This document shows, piece after piece, positions 1 to 15,484 of a DNA stretch of 64,000 bases. The stretch's first letter is position 1. Each line of letters opens with the position of its first letter. The notes beneath the pieces were generated by a model. The model did not search any database. It was not told where the DNA came from and saw nothing but the letters and a program-made list of their open reading frames with translations. The position numbers were made by a program, and so were the translations under genes. The DNA lies in the NCBI GenBank assembly GCA_964016885.1, contig OZ024740.1, forward strand, positions 82,646,001-82,710,000, written 5' to 3'. The DNA comes from Eledone cirrhosa (Eukaryota).

Positions 1-1555
1 GAATATCAAGGTGACACGCCAATATCATTATATATATACAAAGATATATATATATATGTATCTGTGTATGTGTGTGTGCGTATATGTGTGCGTGTGTGTG
101 TGTGTGTGTGTCTGTGTGTGTGTGTGTTTGTAAAAAGTACACAGAAATAACACAGCAGACCACACAGTACAATGAAGAAATGTAATATGCTTCATATAAT
201 ATCAAAAGTTTCTTAAAATGTCAGCCAATAGTCCTTCGACAGTAGATAAAAAAGAGGAATAAATGATGAAATAGAAAAGATACAGAGTGAGAAGGGGAAA
301 GAACGGCAAAAAATACAAGTGCCTATTGAATCAGCCACTTTGTAAAGATGCGTTGGAGCGGTTGATGGCTGATTGTGGTTAGGATGTAGAGGTGTGAACA
401 AGTGGACACACGTAAACTGACAAACGTAGGGAAATGTATAAATATGTATTTGAATTTCTGCGTATGCATACACATACATAGAAGTAATTTAAAGGAGCTG
501 TATAGAAAAAGAGTCAGAGGTGAATATGATCATTGCATTTACATTTTATTTCGTTGTATACTCATAAGAGAAGCTGCTAGGATTCGGGTTCGGTGATATG
601 GTGGTAGAACCGCACACGGCAAAACTACGAACAGGGGTAAATGTTAGGAAACATTCATCATCGACGGCGCCACAGCCATGGTATGAGCACCATCTGAACA
701 TAGACGCATACGCAAGGGATACAACCACACATGGACACTCAAGCGTGAGCCCATGTGTGTCGGTGATGTCTGCGGGCGTGTGCACATAGTGATCAACCAT
801 CGGGATGTTTAGGATTTTTAGGTTTATGTGTGTGCAGATCTAGATTTTTTGTGGATGTCTTTGTGCGTGTGATAGTGTGTGGGAGAGCGACGGCTGTGCT
901 TTTACCTAGTTCAGCAGTTGTTTTGCTAACCGGTCCGTCAATGTTTTTGTGCATGTTTCAATAGTTATGTTGTTAGGGCATTCATGTGTATATATTTATA
1001 TTGAGAGACATGTAAGTAAACTATGGTTTAGTTTGAATAATATTATATTTATGCCTTTTTAGGGACTGGTACCTGGAGCAGACAATCTAGGCTACACAGT
1101 TATTGGTCTAGTTCTCTGATCAACATTACCATATATATCGTTTATTTGTGGGTGACATAATCAACCAGAACAAGGTATTTGATTGTCAAAATTGTTGGCG
1201 CATCACTAGCAAATATTTTGTGGAAATATTTCGTGCAATTTGCGTCAGAATGAAACCTAACCCATCCTTATTTCAACGGCTCAATAGACGAGGCTTACAA
1301 GGAATCATGAATCTGTGTTAAATGCTATGAGAGCTAGCCCGCTTCGAGTGTGCTACGAAGTTCGATTTCCTGCAGTTGTCCATGTCCATCTTATACATTT
1401 GATCTTTTTATAGATTTGTTCAATTACTTTTTAACAAACAATTAATATTTCGTTGCCTACATTGTAGAGTGTACATATATAAATGCACACTCACACAAAC
1501 ACACACTCACACATATATACACATACACACGCACATACACTCACACACACACACA

Positions 1556-1586
<31 letters not shown>

Positions 1587-2610
1587 TCACACACACATAT
1601 ATATATATAAATATATATATATATGTGTGTGTGTGTGTGGCTTGAGGGAAATTGAGTAGAAATTGTACGCTTTATCCGATAATGTTGTCAATGGGAGAGA
1701 TGTGACGTTGGCCTTTAAAGAATAAAGAAAAACAAACAGACAAAAATATCAAATTTTAGGATTAAAATAAGGAACATAAAGAGTAGTAGCAATCTCTGCT
1801 TTTATCCTTAGATGGATTGTTTTACTTGTAGGTTATTTGTCTTATCGTTTATTTGGAGCTGATATCATTTATTATTCATTTCATCTCAAGAGACGAGAAA
1901 TGATACGAAAATGCTCACATCTGTCCGAACATTTACATTTATAAATGGCAAATACTGTTTTCAGTTTTAAAAGAAATAATGTATCTAAAGTGAGTAATCA
2001 CGATTTGGTGTCCCCAATAAAATTAAACTATACATCGTTTTGTTGTATAATAATGTCTGCATATTGTATTCAAAATGCGTGTGATATGTAATTTGCTTGC
2101 TGAAACATTCATTTTTAATTGATTTTGTAGTAGCTTGAAATGGGATATAATGCATATAGATTGATATTTCTTGAAGAGTGCACAAATGTTTGCTATGTTA
2201 CTTAAACAGATATAGATTTATGACTGTTTGAGCGTTATTCAAATTGTCGTAGGAATTCAGAATTAAATGTGGCAGGAGTAAATAACATATGATAGCCGTA
2301 ACATAGGATAGCCCTTGGGGATTTGGAGATAGACATTAAAAGAAACGTATGTTAATATATTTTTCATAGTAGATTTAATGGTAGGTTGTATCACACCTGT
2401 GTACAAAAATGTAAATAAGATTATATTGGTAACATTTAATAAAAGGAATAAGAAAACAATGTATCAGTAAAGAAGTATAACATGAATTGTGAAAGAGATC
2501 AATATACCAATGGCTGTTATAGTGATGATTTTCACGATAACATCACACATCAAAATGAATAATAATTGTTATAATACTTTAATGTAAAACTATACATCAC
2601 GTGACGCTTT

Positions 2611-2803
2611 GGTGAGGTGAATTGGCAGTATCGGTAGAGGGTTAGACACCATGCTTTCTAGCATAGTTACGTCCCTTTACGGTCTGAGTTCAAATCCCGC
2701 CGAGGTTAACTTTGCCTTTCATCCTTACGGTCGATAAAATAAAGTACCAGTAATGTACTGGCTAAGTGCTGGCCTTGTGCCAAAAGTAAAAACAATTATT
2801 ATT
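2611..2803 (+). mobile_element. tRNA-derived SINE (family S1) with Nin/Deu-like core and (ATT)n tail
   Basis: A-box-like TGGCAGTATCGG, B-box GAGTTCAAATCC, core GCCTTTCATCCTTACGGTCGATAAAATAAAGTACCAG, tail AAACAATTATTATT. Four more copies occur in the window. Confidence 0.85.
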
Positions 2804-3594
2804 ATATATATGAATAGTAATAATAATAAATGTGAAGACTAAACTCCAAAGAAGGTTCGATAAGGATACATATCTATCAAATATATTAGAACCACAGAGC
2901 AAATATTTATTAAAATAATAGATTCAAGTTTAAGCAAAGAATCGCTGGTTTCACCTTTAACGGGATCTTCTGAACGCAAAAGAAAATATTTCGAAAAACA
3001 TTGCAGCCGAAGGAAAACAGGAAGACGATACTTTGGTTCGTGAAGACGTTCCCTGACAATGAACGGAAAAAGCGAAGATTATACGTCGTTATATGGAGCG
3101 GTGAGAATAATTACAGGCAAAGAGAAAACTGCGTTTATGGTATAAATGGAGTCATTAGACTAATATTCTATTTAGGAAACCGAATGATCCTCGGCTTCGG
3201 AGTTAAGAATAATGTAAATAAATTTGTTGAACGAAAATGACGAAGGTTATTAAAATCGTAAAAGTAATACAAATTAAATATATACATACACCCATCTATA
3301 TACATACATACAAGTGCATACGCGAAAACGCACATTGTACACATAGCTACACGTAAATATTCAACAAACGTACATATACCAAAACCTATGTACACATATC
3401 CACAACATACATACGTGCAAACACACGTACACACTCATACATACCCATATATACACATATACATTCATACATATATTTTTATATGAAAAAAATACCAACA
3501 TACATATATACATGTATACATATACACATACACCCGCATATACACTCCCCTGCATATACAAAAATACAGCAACTTTTAAACATACATAAATATA

Positions 3595-3632
<38 letters not shown>

Positions 3633-3687
3633 TAAATACATATGTATAGACACACAAATACACAGGCACACACACACACACATGCAC

Positions 3688-3739
<52 letters not shown>

Positions 3740-3744
3740 TAAAG

Positions 3745-3960
3745 GATCGATCAACTTTCGTCAAATTGGACCGTGGAAACAACGTTTCCGTTGCGGTGGG
3801 CTTTCAAGTTGCTAGTACTATCTATCGGTTGCAACACCAGGTAAGGAGCAATGTGAAATTGTGTCTTCCTCAAGGACATAACGCATCGTCCGGTCCAGGA
3901 ATCGAACTCACAACCTCAGATTGCGAATCCAATTCTCTAACCACTCACCCACACGTCTTC
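3745..3960 (-). mobile_element. second tRNA-derived SINE family
   Basis: Minus strand reads GTGGGTGAGTGGTTAGAG (A box) ... GAGTTCGATTCC (B box), followed by a TGTCCTTGAGGAAGACAC core. Confidence 0.65.
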
Positions 3961-4011
3961 ACACACACACACTCACACACACACACTCATACAGACACAA
4001 ACCCACATACG

Positions 4012-4065
<54 letters not shown>

Positions 4066-4104
4066 CGCAAATATAAACAATCCATATTACACGTACATAC
4101 ATAT

Positions 4105-4136
4105 ACTAGCAGAAGGGCCCGGCGTTGCTCGGGATT
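4105..4136 (-). mobile_element. Helitron-like 3' end
   Basis: Minus strand has a GC hairpin CCCGAGCAACGCCGGG shortly before terminal CTAGT, next to a TA tract. Confidence 0.5.
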
Positions 4137-4514
4137 CTAAACATAGATTGGTATGCGTATCCCTCCTTTCTGAAACAGTTTGTTCGTATGTTCACCAATT
4201 GATGCAGAAGTAGTAATAAAAAGTGAAGTCGCCTTGGGTGAAAAGGCAAATCATTTTCCATTAAGATTTTTCTTTTGTGTTGTTGTTTGTTGCTGCTGTT
4301 GGTGTGAAGCGATCGTTGGTCGGACTACTAACACATTCTCGTCCTTCATCAGCCAATCGTGTATATCAACTTCTGCCTCGTCAGTAATGAGAACAATATT
4401 TACTCTAGGGTGCTATATATTTGATATATAGTTATCCTTATCGAGTCCCATGAAGTAAATACGTTTGTTTATATTTTGTTATTGTGTATGCAGAAGTATC
4501 TGTAAACGAATATA

Positions 4515-4573
<59 letters not shown>

Positions 4574-4704
4574 TTATGTGTGTGTGTGTATGTGTGTGTG
4601 TGTGTGTGTGTATTAACATAACAGATTACAGTTTAAGGATCTCCTGAAACTAAAAAAAATCAATCTGTAAACGCAGAAGTAAATGTTTCGAAAGATGTTA
4701 CACA

Positions 4705-4783
<79 letters not shown>

Positions 4784-5036
4784 ATACATATACATATACA
4801 CACACACACACAGATCGTGTCATCATGTCGTTACGCAGACAACCAGGCATACAGACAGATATTATAAGGGCGCGACGTTATAGCTATCTAATGCGGTCCC
4901 TAGGGTATTGAACATTTGAAATATGTTTTGCTCAAACAACTCACACTACAATAAGTATTACATGTGTAAAATTTGAAAAAATTCGGTTGGGTGGTTGCCG
5001 AGTTTTAGGGAGTCAGACAGACATACTTACATTCTT

Positions 5037-5907
<871 letters not shown>

Positions 5908-5934
5908 TATATATATATAGTTAACACATATATA

Positions 5935-6033
<99 letters not shown>

Positions 6034-6424
6034 TAATGTGGCACTGATGTAAATACCACCAGTAGAATTAGCACAAGTTTGCAACATATAGTAATTGTTT
6101 CCTAAATCATACATTCAGAACCTTTATTCATACCTTCAATATAAACCTATTTTTAGCTTCACATATTACATTCCTCAATACTGTTATTACTACTTTCAAC
6201 ATTAATAGCTATATATTTCAATATGATTATTCAACCATTAAATTCCCTCATATTTGTGTTTTTTTATATCTTCATTCCATACACAGGCATGTTTCTGTTA
6301 TTTTACATCAAAATCTCCTTATCTAATAAACGTTTATGAATGGCATTTTTCGTTTGTCTCTTTCATACTATTTTTGTCATTCAGTTTATGATTTGAAAAA
6401 AAAAAAATAATATAATAATAATAA

Positions 6425-6548
6425 TTGTTTCTACTTTTGGCACAAGGCCAGCAATTTTCCTAGTGTATTCCTGGTACTTTATTTTATCGACCTCGTAAGG
6501 ATGAAAGGCAAAGTTAACCTCGGCGGGATTTGAACTCAGTCTGTAAAA
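6425..6548 (-). mobile_element. SINE S1, 5'-truncated, between (AAT)n tracts
   Basis: Reverse complement of the B box, core and tail of the 2611 copy. Confidence 0.8.
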
Positions 6549-6645
6549 TAATAATAATAATAATAATAATATATATATATATATAGGTGCCCCAGCATGG
6601 CCTCAGCCGGATGGCTGAAACAGGTAAAAGAGTAAAAGAGTAATA

Positions 6646-6690
<45 letters not shown>

Positions 6691-6728
6691 ATATACATGT
6701 GTGTGTGTGTGTGGGTGTGTGTGTGTGT

Positions 6729-6771
<43 letters not shown>

Positions 6772-7148
6772 TGTATGTGTGTGTGTGTGCGTGTGTGTAA
6801 TATATATTTTACGCTAACATTTATTTTACAATTCACTTAAATATATTTCCATGACAATATTTTTATTTTATATTTCATACTTGTCTTTAGATACTCAGTT
6901 TTCTTCATATTCTTAATCTATCACATGAGAATATTTTTCTTTTATTTATACTCTCATATTACCTCAAATATATTTCATAGCATACTATTGTCTATTTTCA
7001 TATTCTTTTCCTATTTCATTGCCACTGTTACAAGCCTCGATTTCTCTCAAAACTCAATCTATTTTGTCTGTCATTATGCCGAAAAAGAGATAGATATCGA
7101 AAAGGCAAAACGTTATATGTGGTTCATGAAGAAGATTTATTTATATAT

Positions 7149-7231
<83 letters not shown>

Positions 7232-7237
7232 CATACA

Positions 7238-7361
<124 letters not shown>

Positions 7362-7411
7362 TGTGTGTGTATATCTATAAATACTAGCGCACTGCATCAT
7401 GTACACATATC

Positions 7412-7521
7412 CGTATTCTGATGGTTTGGTCGTTTATCAACGGTAATTAAAGTCGAGTAACGTAGCTTCTGGCTATCAGTGATTTTAGAGACACCAGACT
7501 AATGAAACAATTGTTAATACG
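7412..7521 (+). ncRNA. degenerate hammerhead-like motif with long helix II
   Basis: Helix I CGTATT/AATACG, core CTGATGG (A9 altered), GTTTGGT/ACCAGAC pairing, GAAAC-AATT-GTT palindromic helix III. Confidence 0.35.
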
Positions 7522-7688
7522 TTGAATAAACCTACTGAACACCAGACTATTTTATTCTTCTCTCATTTACTACATATATATATATAAAGCTTGTAACATC
7601 CAGTTACTGTAGGTTCACCAGAGTGAGTACTTGATGCGTATATTCCAGTAGGTATATTGATGTAGTACGAAGAAAAGTGTAATAATAA

Positions 7689-7868
7689 TTGTTTCTAATT
7701 TTGGCACAAGGCCATCAATTACCCAGTACATTACTGGTATTTATTTTATCGACCCCGTAAGGATGAAAGGCAAAGTTAACCTCGGCAGGATTTGAACTAA
7801 GACCGTAAAGGGACGTAACTATGCTGGAAAGCATGGCGTCCGACTCTCTACCGATACTGACAATCCAC
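7689..7868 (-). mobile_element. SINE S1, near full length
   Basis: Reverse complement of the 2611-2803 copy, with an (AAT)n tail at 7681. Confidence 0.85.
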
Positions 7869-8451
7869 AAAGAAGAAAGACCACATGGATCTTCATTACG
7901 ATTCTGGATTCAAAAGCTTGTAGGAATTCTGTTATCGTAATGACATCATAGAATGGCTCTCTTAGGGCTTTTAAAAGCGCTAGTAGTTTCAGTCTCTAAG
8001 GGCTTTTAAAATCCCTATGACGTTCATGCTGTTATTACCATATCAGGAGTCCGACGAGCATTTTATTGGCTTCTTGACCGCCATCTCAGTTTGTTTGTCC
8101 TTTATAAACTGTGTTTATTGCTCTAGTCTTTATTTGGTCCATGGAGCGCTTGCCAGCATAACTCTGATATTGCGTTTCGCTATGTTTTCGACCACAGCTA
8201 AAATACGAATCTTGCTGAAATTATATTTGTATTAATCTCCCAGGTCTAGCAATTAATCAGTTAATTTGTTTAGATAATTCTATTGACTGATTAATTGCTT
8301 AAGTCTATTTAAAAACTACCGGTCGAGAGCTTAATTCGATTTGTGCAGTTTTTGCAATTATTGCATTAATTTTACACTTACTGAATTCATCTGCCAAAAT
8401 CTGGGGTTTTCTCCCTTGAAGAGTTGCACACGTGGTTTTACTACTACATAC

Positions 8452-8612
8452 TGGTATATCTGGAAGATTTGTTTTACTGTTTTTTGTATCACACAGACAC
8501 CAGGGACTCGCCTCATACTGTAACCAGACAAACATATAATACAGTCATTTTCTCTTTTACCTGTCTTCTCTTATCATATGTTTACCCGGGCCAAGCTGGG
8601 TACGTCAGCTAG

Positions 8613-8613
<1 letters not shown>
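8452..8613 (+). mobile_element. non-autonomous Helitron-like 3' portion
   Basis: Hairpin ACCCGG-GCCAAG-CTGGGT followed by CTAGT. An inverted copy lies at 8825-8986. Confidence 0.6.
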
Positions 8614-8650
<37 letters not shown>

Positions 8651-8666
8651 TACATATATATATGTA

Positions 8667-9174
<508 letters not shown>

Positions 9175-9967
9175 ATAGATTTAGATAATTAATATAAAAG
9201 ATGTCTTTCAATGTAAAAAAGGTCCCTATTTACTTGAAATTGTTTATACAAATGCCAAATTAATATGGATATGGATAACATGCTTATCATAAGTGGTCAG
9301 CTATAATAATAAAACAACAAATTATATGACACAAACATTTATTCAGTAATTTTCAGGCTCTTAGTCACTTAGTAATTGACAGACAATGTTGCCCAGATTT
9401 CAACTCGGAGAGGTGGCCTGGTTTGAACTCCAAATGGCAGATCCTTCTACTTCTAAAATAGAATCGTTTTTCAATATTACTCTAGCCTTGGCCGGCCATA
9501 GGATCCAAACTATTGCCAGACTCAGCATATGATGAGGTTTTATTACCACCGCAATCATAAGCGACGCACGCAAACTTACAAATGCACCCGTTCACTTACA
9601 CACACGCCCACACTCACACATGTTGATAGTTTTTACTTTCTGTGGAACGCGGCACGAACGCACACACACATACACACATGCGCATGTACATACACACACA
9701 CACATGTTAATAGTTATTGCTTTCCTTCCCCTCTTATTTCCACACACATCAGACACACGCATGTCTCTACACTGACACATGTACATAGTGTAAACAACAC
9801 AGCGTTCACTTTGCCTCTCTGTTTCTTACTCTCCCCTCTCACTCCCTCATTGACATTATGCATATTAATTTAAGTTTGGAGTCGTTGAGGTGGGCGGAGT
9901 CGTTTGAAACCTATGAACCAATGATAATCGAGAATTATGACACACGGAATACTGACATTGTTGAAAT

Positions 9968-10003
<36 letters not shown>

Positions 10004-10235
10004 ATAAAGAATGAGGAATCAGGAAAAGCATCAAACCACAATTTATTATTATATTACATATGTTTTTCCGTTGGTCAGCTCGAGACAGGATCTGTTACAG
10101 ATCGAACCCGACTCTGCATAAATTGTGGTTCGATGCATTACTAATTCTTCTTCTTTATAATAGTATACTCTGCTCTGCGCGAGCATCGAGTGCCCAACCG
10201 GCATACCGCCTACGGACGCATTTAGCTGCAACCCT

Positions 10236-10317
<82 letters not shown>

Positions 10318-10738
10318 ACGAGAGAGAGAGAGAGGGAGAGAGAGAGCAAGAGCGAGACAAATAGATACAGGAATTGAAATATATTAAAACATACGATGTT
10401 AAAACGTGCGAAATTGCTACACAAACAAAATTTTATTGTGACTAAACTCATGAAGTATTTAAAATAAACAATATTTAATTACGATGTTATATAAGAATAA
10501 CGATGCGAACATGAAAATATATACACTCGTTGAAATTAAGAGTGTCATTGAACAAAGACAGTGGAAAAACAATCAAAAGACGGACAGTCTCATCTCCTCA
10601 GTGAAGCTCTATGAATCACTATTGTTGTACTGGCTGATACGGTTCATTCCAGTGCACATTGGAACACACACAAATACACACACATTCACACACACATACA
10701 CACACGCACGCACGCACGCACACACACACACACACACA

Positions 10739-10928
<190 letters not shown>

Positions 10929-11908
10929 TATTTAGGTTCGCAGTCAATGTTGAAATTCAAGTTAGATGATGAAGCAACGAAAACATGCACTTTTTAATGT
11001 TGCAAATAATTGACAAGTAGTGAGTAGGAAATATTAAATTATATATTTGGAATATGGAAGGGGAATAAAGTTAAGAGTTTGAAAGATCACCTAAAAAAAT
11101 ACACAATATTAAATAACTTTTATGCTTCAAATAAATGGAGGTACACTGGGATTATACTTAGATATCCCAGAGCTGGGAATAAAAAAAACGAACGCAGCAA
11201 AAGAAAGGTAATGGAAAGAAGGAACCAATATTGTTTCATAACTAGAAATAATAAAGCAACAGATAGAGAGTTACATATTATTAATACACACACACACGCA
11301 CACACACACACACACACTCGTGCGCGCGCATCTAAATAGATATAGATAGGCAAACAAGGATTTTGAGAGAAAATATGTCATTATTGGAACGGAAACTACT
11401 TTGGCAGTATGGGAGAGTATTTAGAACGAATGACTATGAATCTCGGGAGGAAATAGGGGAAAAAACTATATTAAATTGAATTAGAGATTGTAGAGAAATA
11501 GTAAAAAATAAAACTGTGTATTAGAGAGAATGTGTGCAGATGATATTATCTGTAAATAAAAAAGGAAGACAGCGAGGAAAATAAATAAACATCAAACCGG
11601 AAATATTTACATAAAAGGATCACACAAAATTCCGAATATATATAAGTGTACCTAAATCAGTGCAGTAGTTACAAGCGATGACGCATGAGAATGTAAAAAG
11701 TACAAAATAATAATAATAAAAATAAAAATTATAATAATAATAATAATGATTTCTTTATTAACCACAAGGGTTTACATAAAGTAGACATTAAGGACAGTGC
11801 AGGACAATACCGGCCGGTACAAATGGGCATTTCTACGTGTAAAAAACAAAAACAGAGGATGTAACAAAAAAATAACAATGAAAAATTCCCCAATAGGGGG
11901 GATCCGTC

Positions 11909-14900
11909 CTACACGCGACAGCAGGTGTTCGACATAAACCAACAAGTCAGAAATTTTCGGACACTGGATGAGTGAGGGCAGGACGGTTTCGTCGCCCTGC
12001 ACGCATCTCGGACATGCCCGGCGGACGGCACCTCCATGATGTAGGGTTTATTCCGAACTTGCAAGGCTCGTCGGTAGCACTGCCAGGACAGGGATTTCTG
12101 GAAGTTGTCCATAGGCCCCGGCCCGAAAGTTCTTCCGAAGAGATTGGCTAGTTTATTTTCGTCGACGCCTAGAGTTTCCCCAAGTACGTCGTCGCTCTTC
12201 CTCTCCACTAATCCTTTATAGAACGCGCAGGTGGAGTTTCCACCGATCACATTGCCCGATTGGTCGAGGGCTGTGAGCGCCTGAAGACATTCCAGTCTCC
12301 AGGCGCTCCCTCTCGGTCTTCGCTTGATCCAGGACTGCAGCTCCGTCAAGGAAACGAGCTGGGGAAATACGTGTCTAGCAAACGGCGACCACACCTGATC
12401 ACCGTCGAGGAAGAGGTGCAGATGTAACCTGAGCGCGAGTCTGCGCATCATCAGCCACGGCATGCCCAGCCCTCCACGTAGCGGGTGTTGACAACAGATG
12501 GAACGCCTGACCATCGGAGCGCGTCCCTTCCACAAAAAGCGAAAGAGGAAACGCTCCACCGCAGTCAGGCGGGGCTTAGGGCAAGGTACGACGGTCAGGC
12601 GGTAGCAGATGACAGACGTGCTGTACGCGTTAGCCACCTCCGCTCGACCTTTCAGGGATAGCTTCCTCTCCGCCCATTTCTGGGTGAGAGAAGCCACCGT
12701 GCTCGTCACCTCGTACCAATTTTTGTCCGTCTGAAGGTCCGGACCGAACAAGACCCCTAGCAATTTAACCGGTCTGTCCGTCCAGCGCCCGACGACGCTG
12801 TTGGACGGCATGGACCTGCCTCTCCAGGTGCCGAGCTGCAGGCCCACTGACATTTCCTGGTTGATCATTGCTCCTGTCACCGCTTCGTATTCTCTTAGTG
12901 TAGTGCCGATCGCCTCGATGTGTTTGGCGTTCGACACCACTACGGTGACATCGTCCGCATATGCTGACACGGATCTTCCGCATCCTAGTTCGCGCGGGAC
13001 GCCCCTCACAGTCTCCAGTTTGTGCAGTAATGGCTCGAGAGTCAATACGTACAAGAGGGACGAGAGGGGACATCCTTGGCGGACCGAACGCATGATGTTG
13101 AACGGTTCGAAAAGGTGACCGTTCACTCTCACCACAGAGCAGATGTCGCTGTGCATAGCAGCGATCCAGCCTCTTAAGGGCCCAAAGCCAGCGGCCCTCA
13201 GGACTGCCGCTAGGTAACTATGGTCGACCCTATCGAAAGCTTTCGACTGATCTAAATTGATCAAGGACCCACCCGTTCCAGGTTCCCAAGCTACCCTCTA
13301 CGATGTATCGCATTAGGTGGAGGTTGTCGTGGATAGATCTGTCGAGAATGGCGCACGTCTGCGCCTCGCCCATCAGACCACCAACGACAAGCGCGAACCT
13401 CTTTGCTAGCACCTTGGCCAAAATCTTCAACTCTGTGTTTAGCAGGGTTATGGGCCTGAAATGATCTGTGTTATCCCCCTTGTTCGGATCCTTTCTCAGC
13501 AGCGTCACAGCTTCGCGGCTGACAGAGCTGGGAATTCTCCCGTTCTGTTGCCAGTTGCAGTAGACGTCCGCCAAAAGGCCTCCGAACAAGTCTGATATCT
13601 GTACGTAAAGTTCATAAGGCAGACTATCAAAACCAGGCGATCTACCACTTGTGCAGCCAGTCATTTCCTCCCGTACTTCAACGGCTTTTATCGGCCTTTC
13701 GCAACACTCCGCCTCAGTGGCCGAGAGCCGCGGCAGACCGTCGAGGTAGACACTAAAGTCCATCCCTCGATCCGGACCGCCGCAGCCACCGAATAGCTGT
13801 GCGAAGTGTCGCTGAAAAGCATCACACATTTGCCCGGGATCGAGTAGCATGCGGCCGTCGTGGTCCACCAAAGACCGGATCGTGGTTTTGTTGCCACGAT
13901 GCGCTTCCGTCACTCGGGCCCATTGAACGGCCTTCGTCCCCTCATTTCTGAGAGCACGCACCCAAGCTCTGACAACGAAGCCTTCGTACCTTGCATTGAA
14001 GAATTGGTCCAGGGCCAATTTCGCCGCAAGTACGTCGGTCGCGATGCCTTTGCTAAGCGCCTCGTCTAATTTTCTAACTAATTCTCCCTCTGCTCTATTT
14101 TTCTCTATTGCCAAAGCCTTACTAAACCTAATGGACTCTATTCTAATTGCTCTTTTCAGAGCAAACCACCCCTTGTTGTTGACGATGGCCCCCGTCAACG
14201 TCCGCTTAACTAGTTCGCTAATCACGTCTCTGTAGGCCTTGCGCGCTGGTAAGGACGCGTTTAGCTTCTAGTAGCCGGGTCCTCGTCTATGAATCCTATC
14301 TAAGTCAAGCGCACAGATCACGAATTTGTGGTCCGTGTAGCTGACTATCTTGAATTGTGGATAGCCTATGCTAGACCTATCTATTTCCCTACAAAATACT
14401 CTATCTAGATATGATCTGGATGACCCTATGCGATTTGTCCCAGTCCACATTGGCACATTCGGGAAATCCAATCGGTACCTGTCAGACAGTCAAAACGCCT
14501 GAGCAGGTTGGTGAGGCTCTTGCACCCTCCTCCCCTATCTGGTGATCCCGCACAATCCCAGCGTGCATCTAAGATCCCGTTCCAGTCGCCCACTAACACT
14601 AAAGAGCGGGTCGTTCCAAGAAAGGTTTCCAGACGCCCGAAGAAATCAGGCCGCCCTGCTCCTGTCGGGGCATAGACGGCTACTAGCCTGAAAGCTTGCC
14701 CGTCTCCGCTGGTCACGTCTAGCACCACCAACTTACCTTCTGGGTCCAGGAAGATGGCCCGTATGGCGAGATCCAAAACTCTCCGAAAAAGCACAGCAAC
14801 TCCCCCCCCCCCCCCCGATCACGGACGGCTGGGAGCTGCGTACACATCGTAGCCGCCGAAGATTGGTGCGAAAGCCCGTATTCGGAGATTCTGGTCTCGC

Positions 14901-15012
14901 TGATGGCCACTACATCTATGTTTAGTGACCTGAGGTCGTTGAGCAGGTGGCCCTGCTTCCATGACGACCCCAAGCCACGCGCATTTATGCTGCCTATTCA
15001 GAGTGAGGTCAT
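11909..15012 (-). pseudogene. T1 ORF2 (APE endonuclease-RT), disrupted
   Basis: ORF pieces 11909-13264, 13230-14225, 14268-14471, 14426-14794 and 14719-14973 are collinear with the intact 1139-aa ORF2 at 25966-29385. Confidence 0.9.
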
Positions 15013-15299
15013 GTTGAAATTGAGTGGAAAAGATGGGAAAGACAACGTATCTTACTTCTCGTAGAGGAACGACGGTTTCTCCATCCTTTTCACTGCTTGT
15101 GGCCACCTGCGGAAGGATTGCCTTATAAATCCTCCTAGAGAGTGTTAGTCGGAAGTCTCCGATGTTTTGGGGGAATTTTTGTTTTAGTGTCGTGTACGTT
15201 TTCTGTGTGATGCGAGTGATTTGTAAGTGTGGTGGTGGTGTGAACTTTTGGGTTGTTGTGTAGTCTTTTTCTGTGATGCTGGTGTTGTTCAAATTTAAT

Positions 15300-15484
15300 T
15301 GTTTCTCCACTAGGCACAAGGCCAGCAAATTCACCAGTGCATTACTGGTACTTTATCTTATCGACCCCGTAAGGATGAAAGGCAAAGTCAACCTCGGCGG
15401 GATCTGAACTCAGATCGTAAAGGGACGTAACTATGCTGGAAAGCATGGCGTCCGACCCTCTACCGATACAGCCAATCCACCGCC
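15300..15484 (-). mobile_element. SINE S1 inserted into T1 ORF1 with a 17-bp TSD
   Basis: TGTTGTTCAAATTTAAT is duplicated at 15283-15299 and 15488-15504. A box TGGCTGTATCGG, B box GAGTTCAGATCC. Confidence 0.9.

Noticed and set aside
2611-2710. tRNA-like A/B boxes
   Set aside because: This is the head of a multi-copy SINE with no cloverleaf, so it is not a tRNA gene.
2925-2985. Minus-strand CAGAAGA...GAAACC motif; flank similar to 46620-46655
   Set aside because: The core and helices are broken; at most a decayed terminal fragment.
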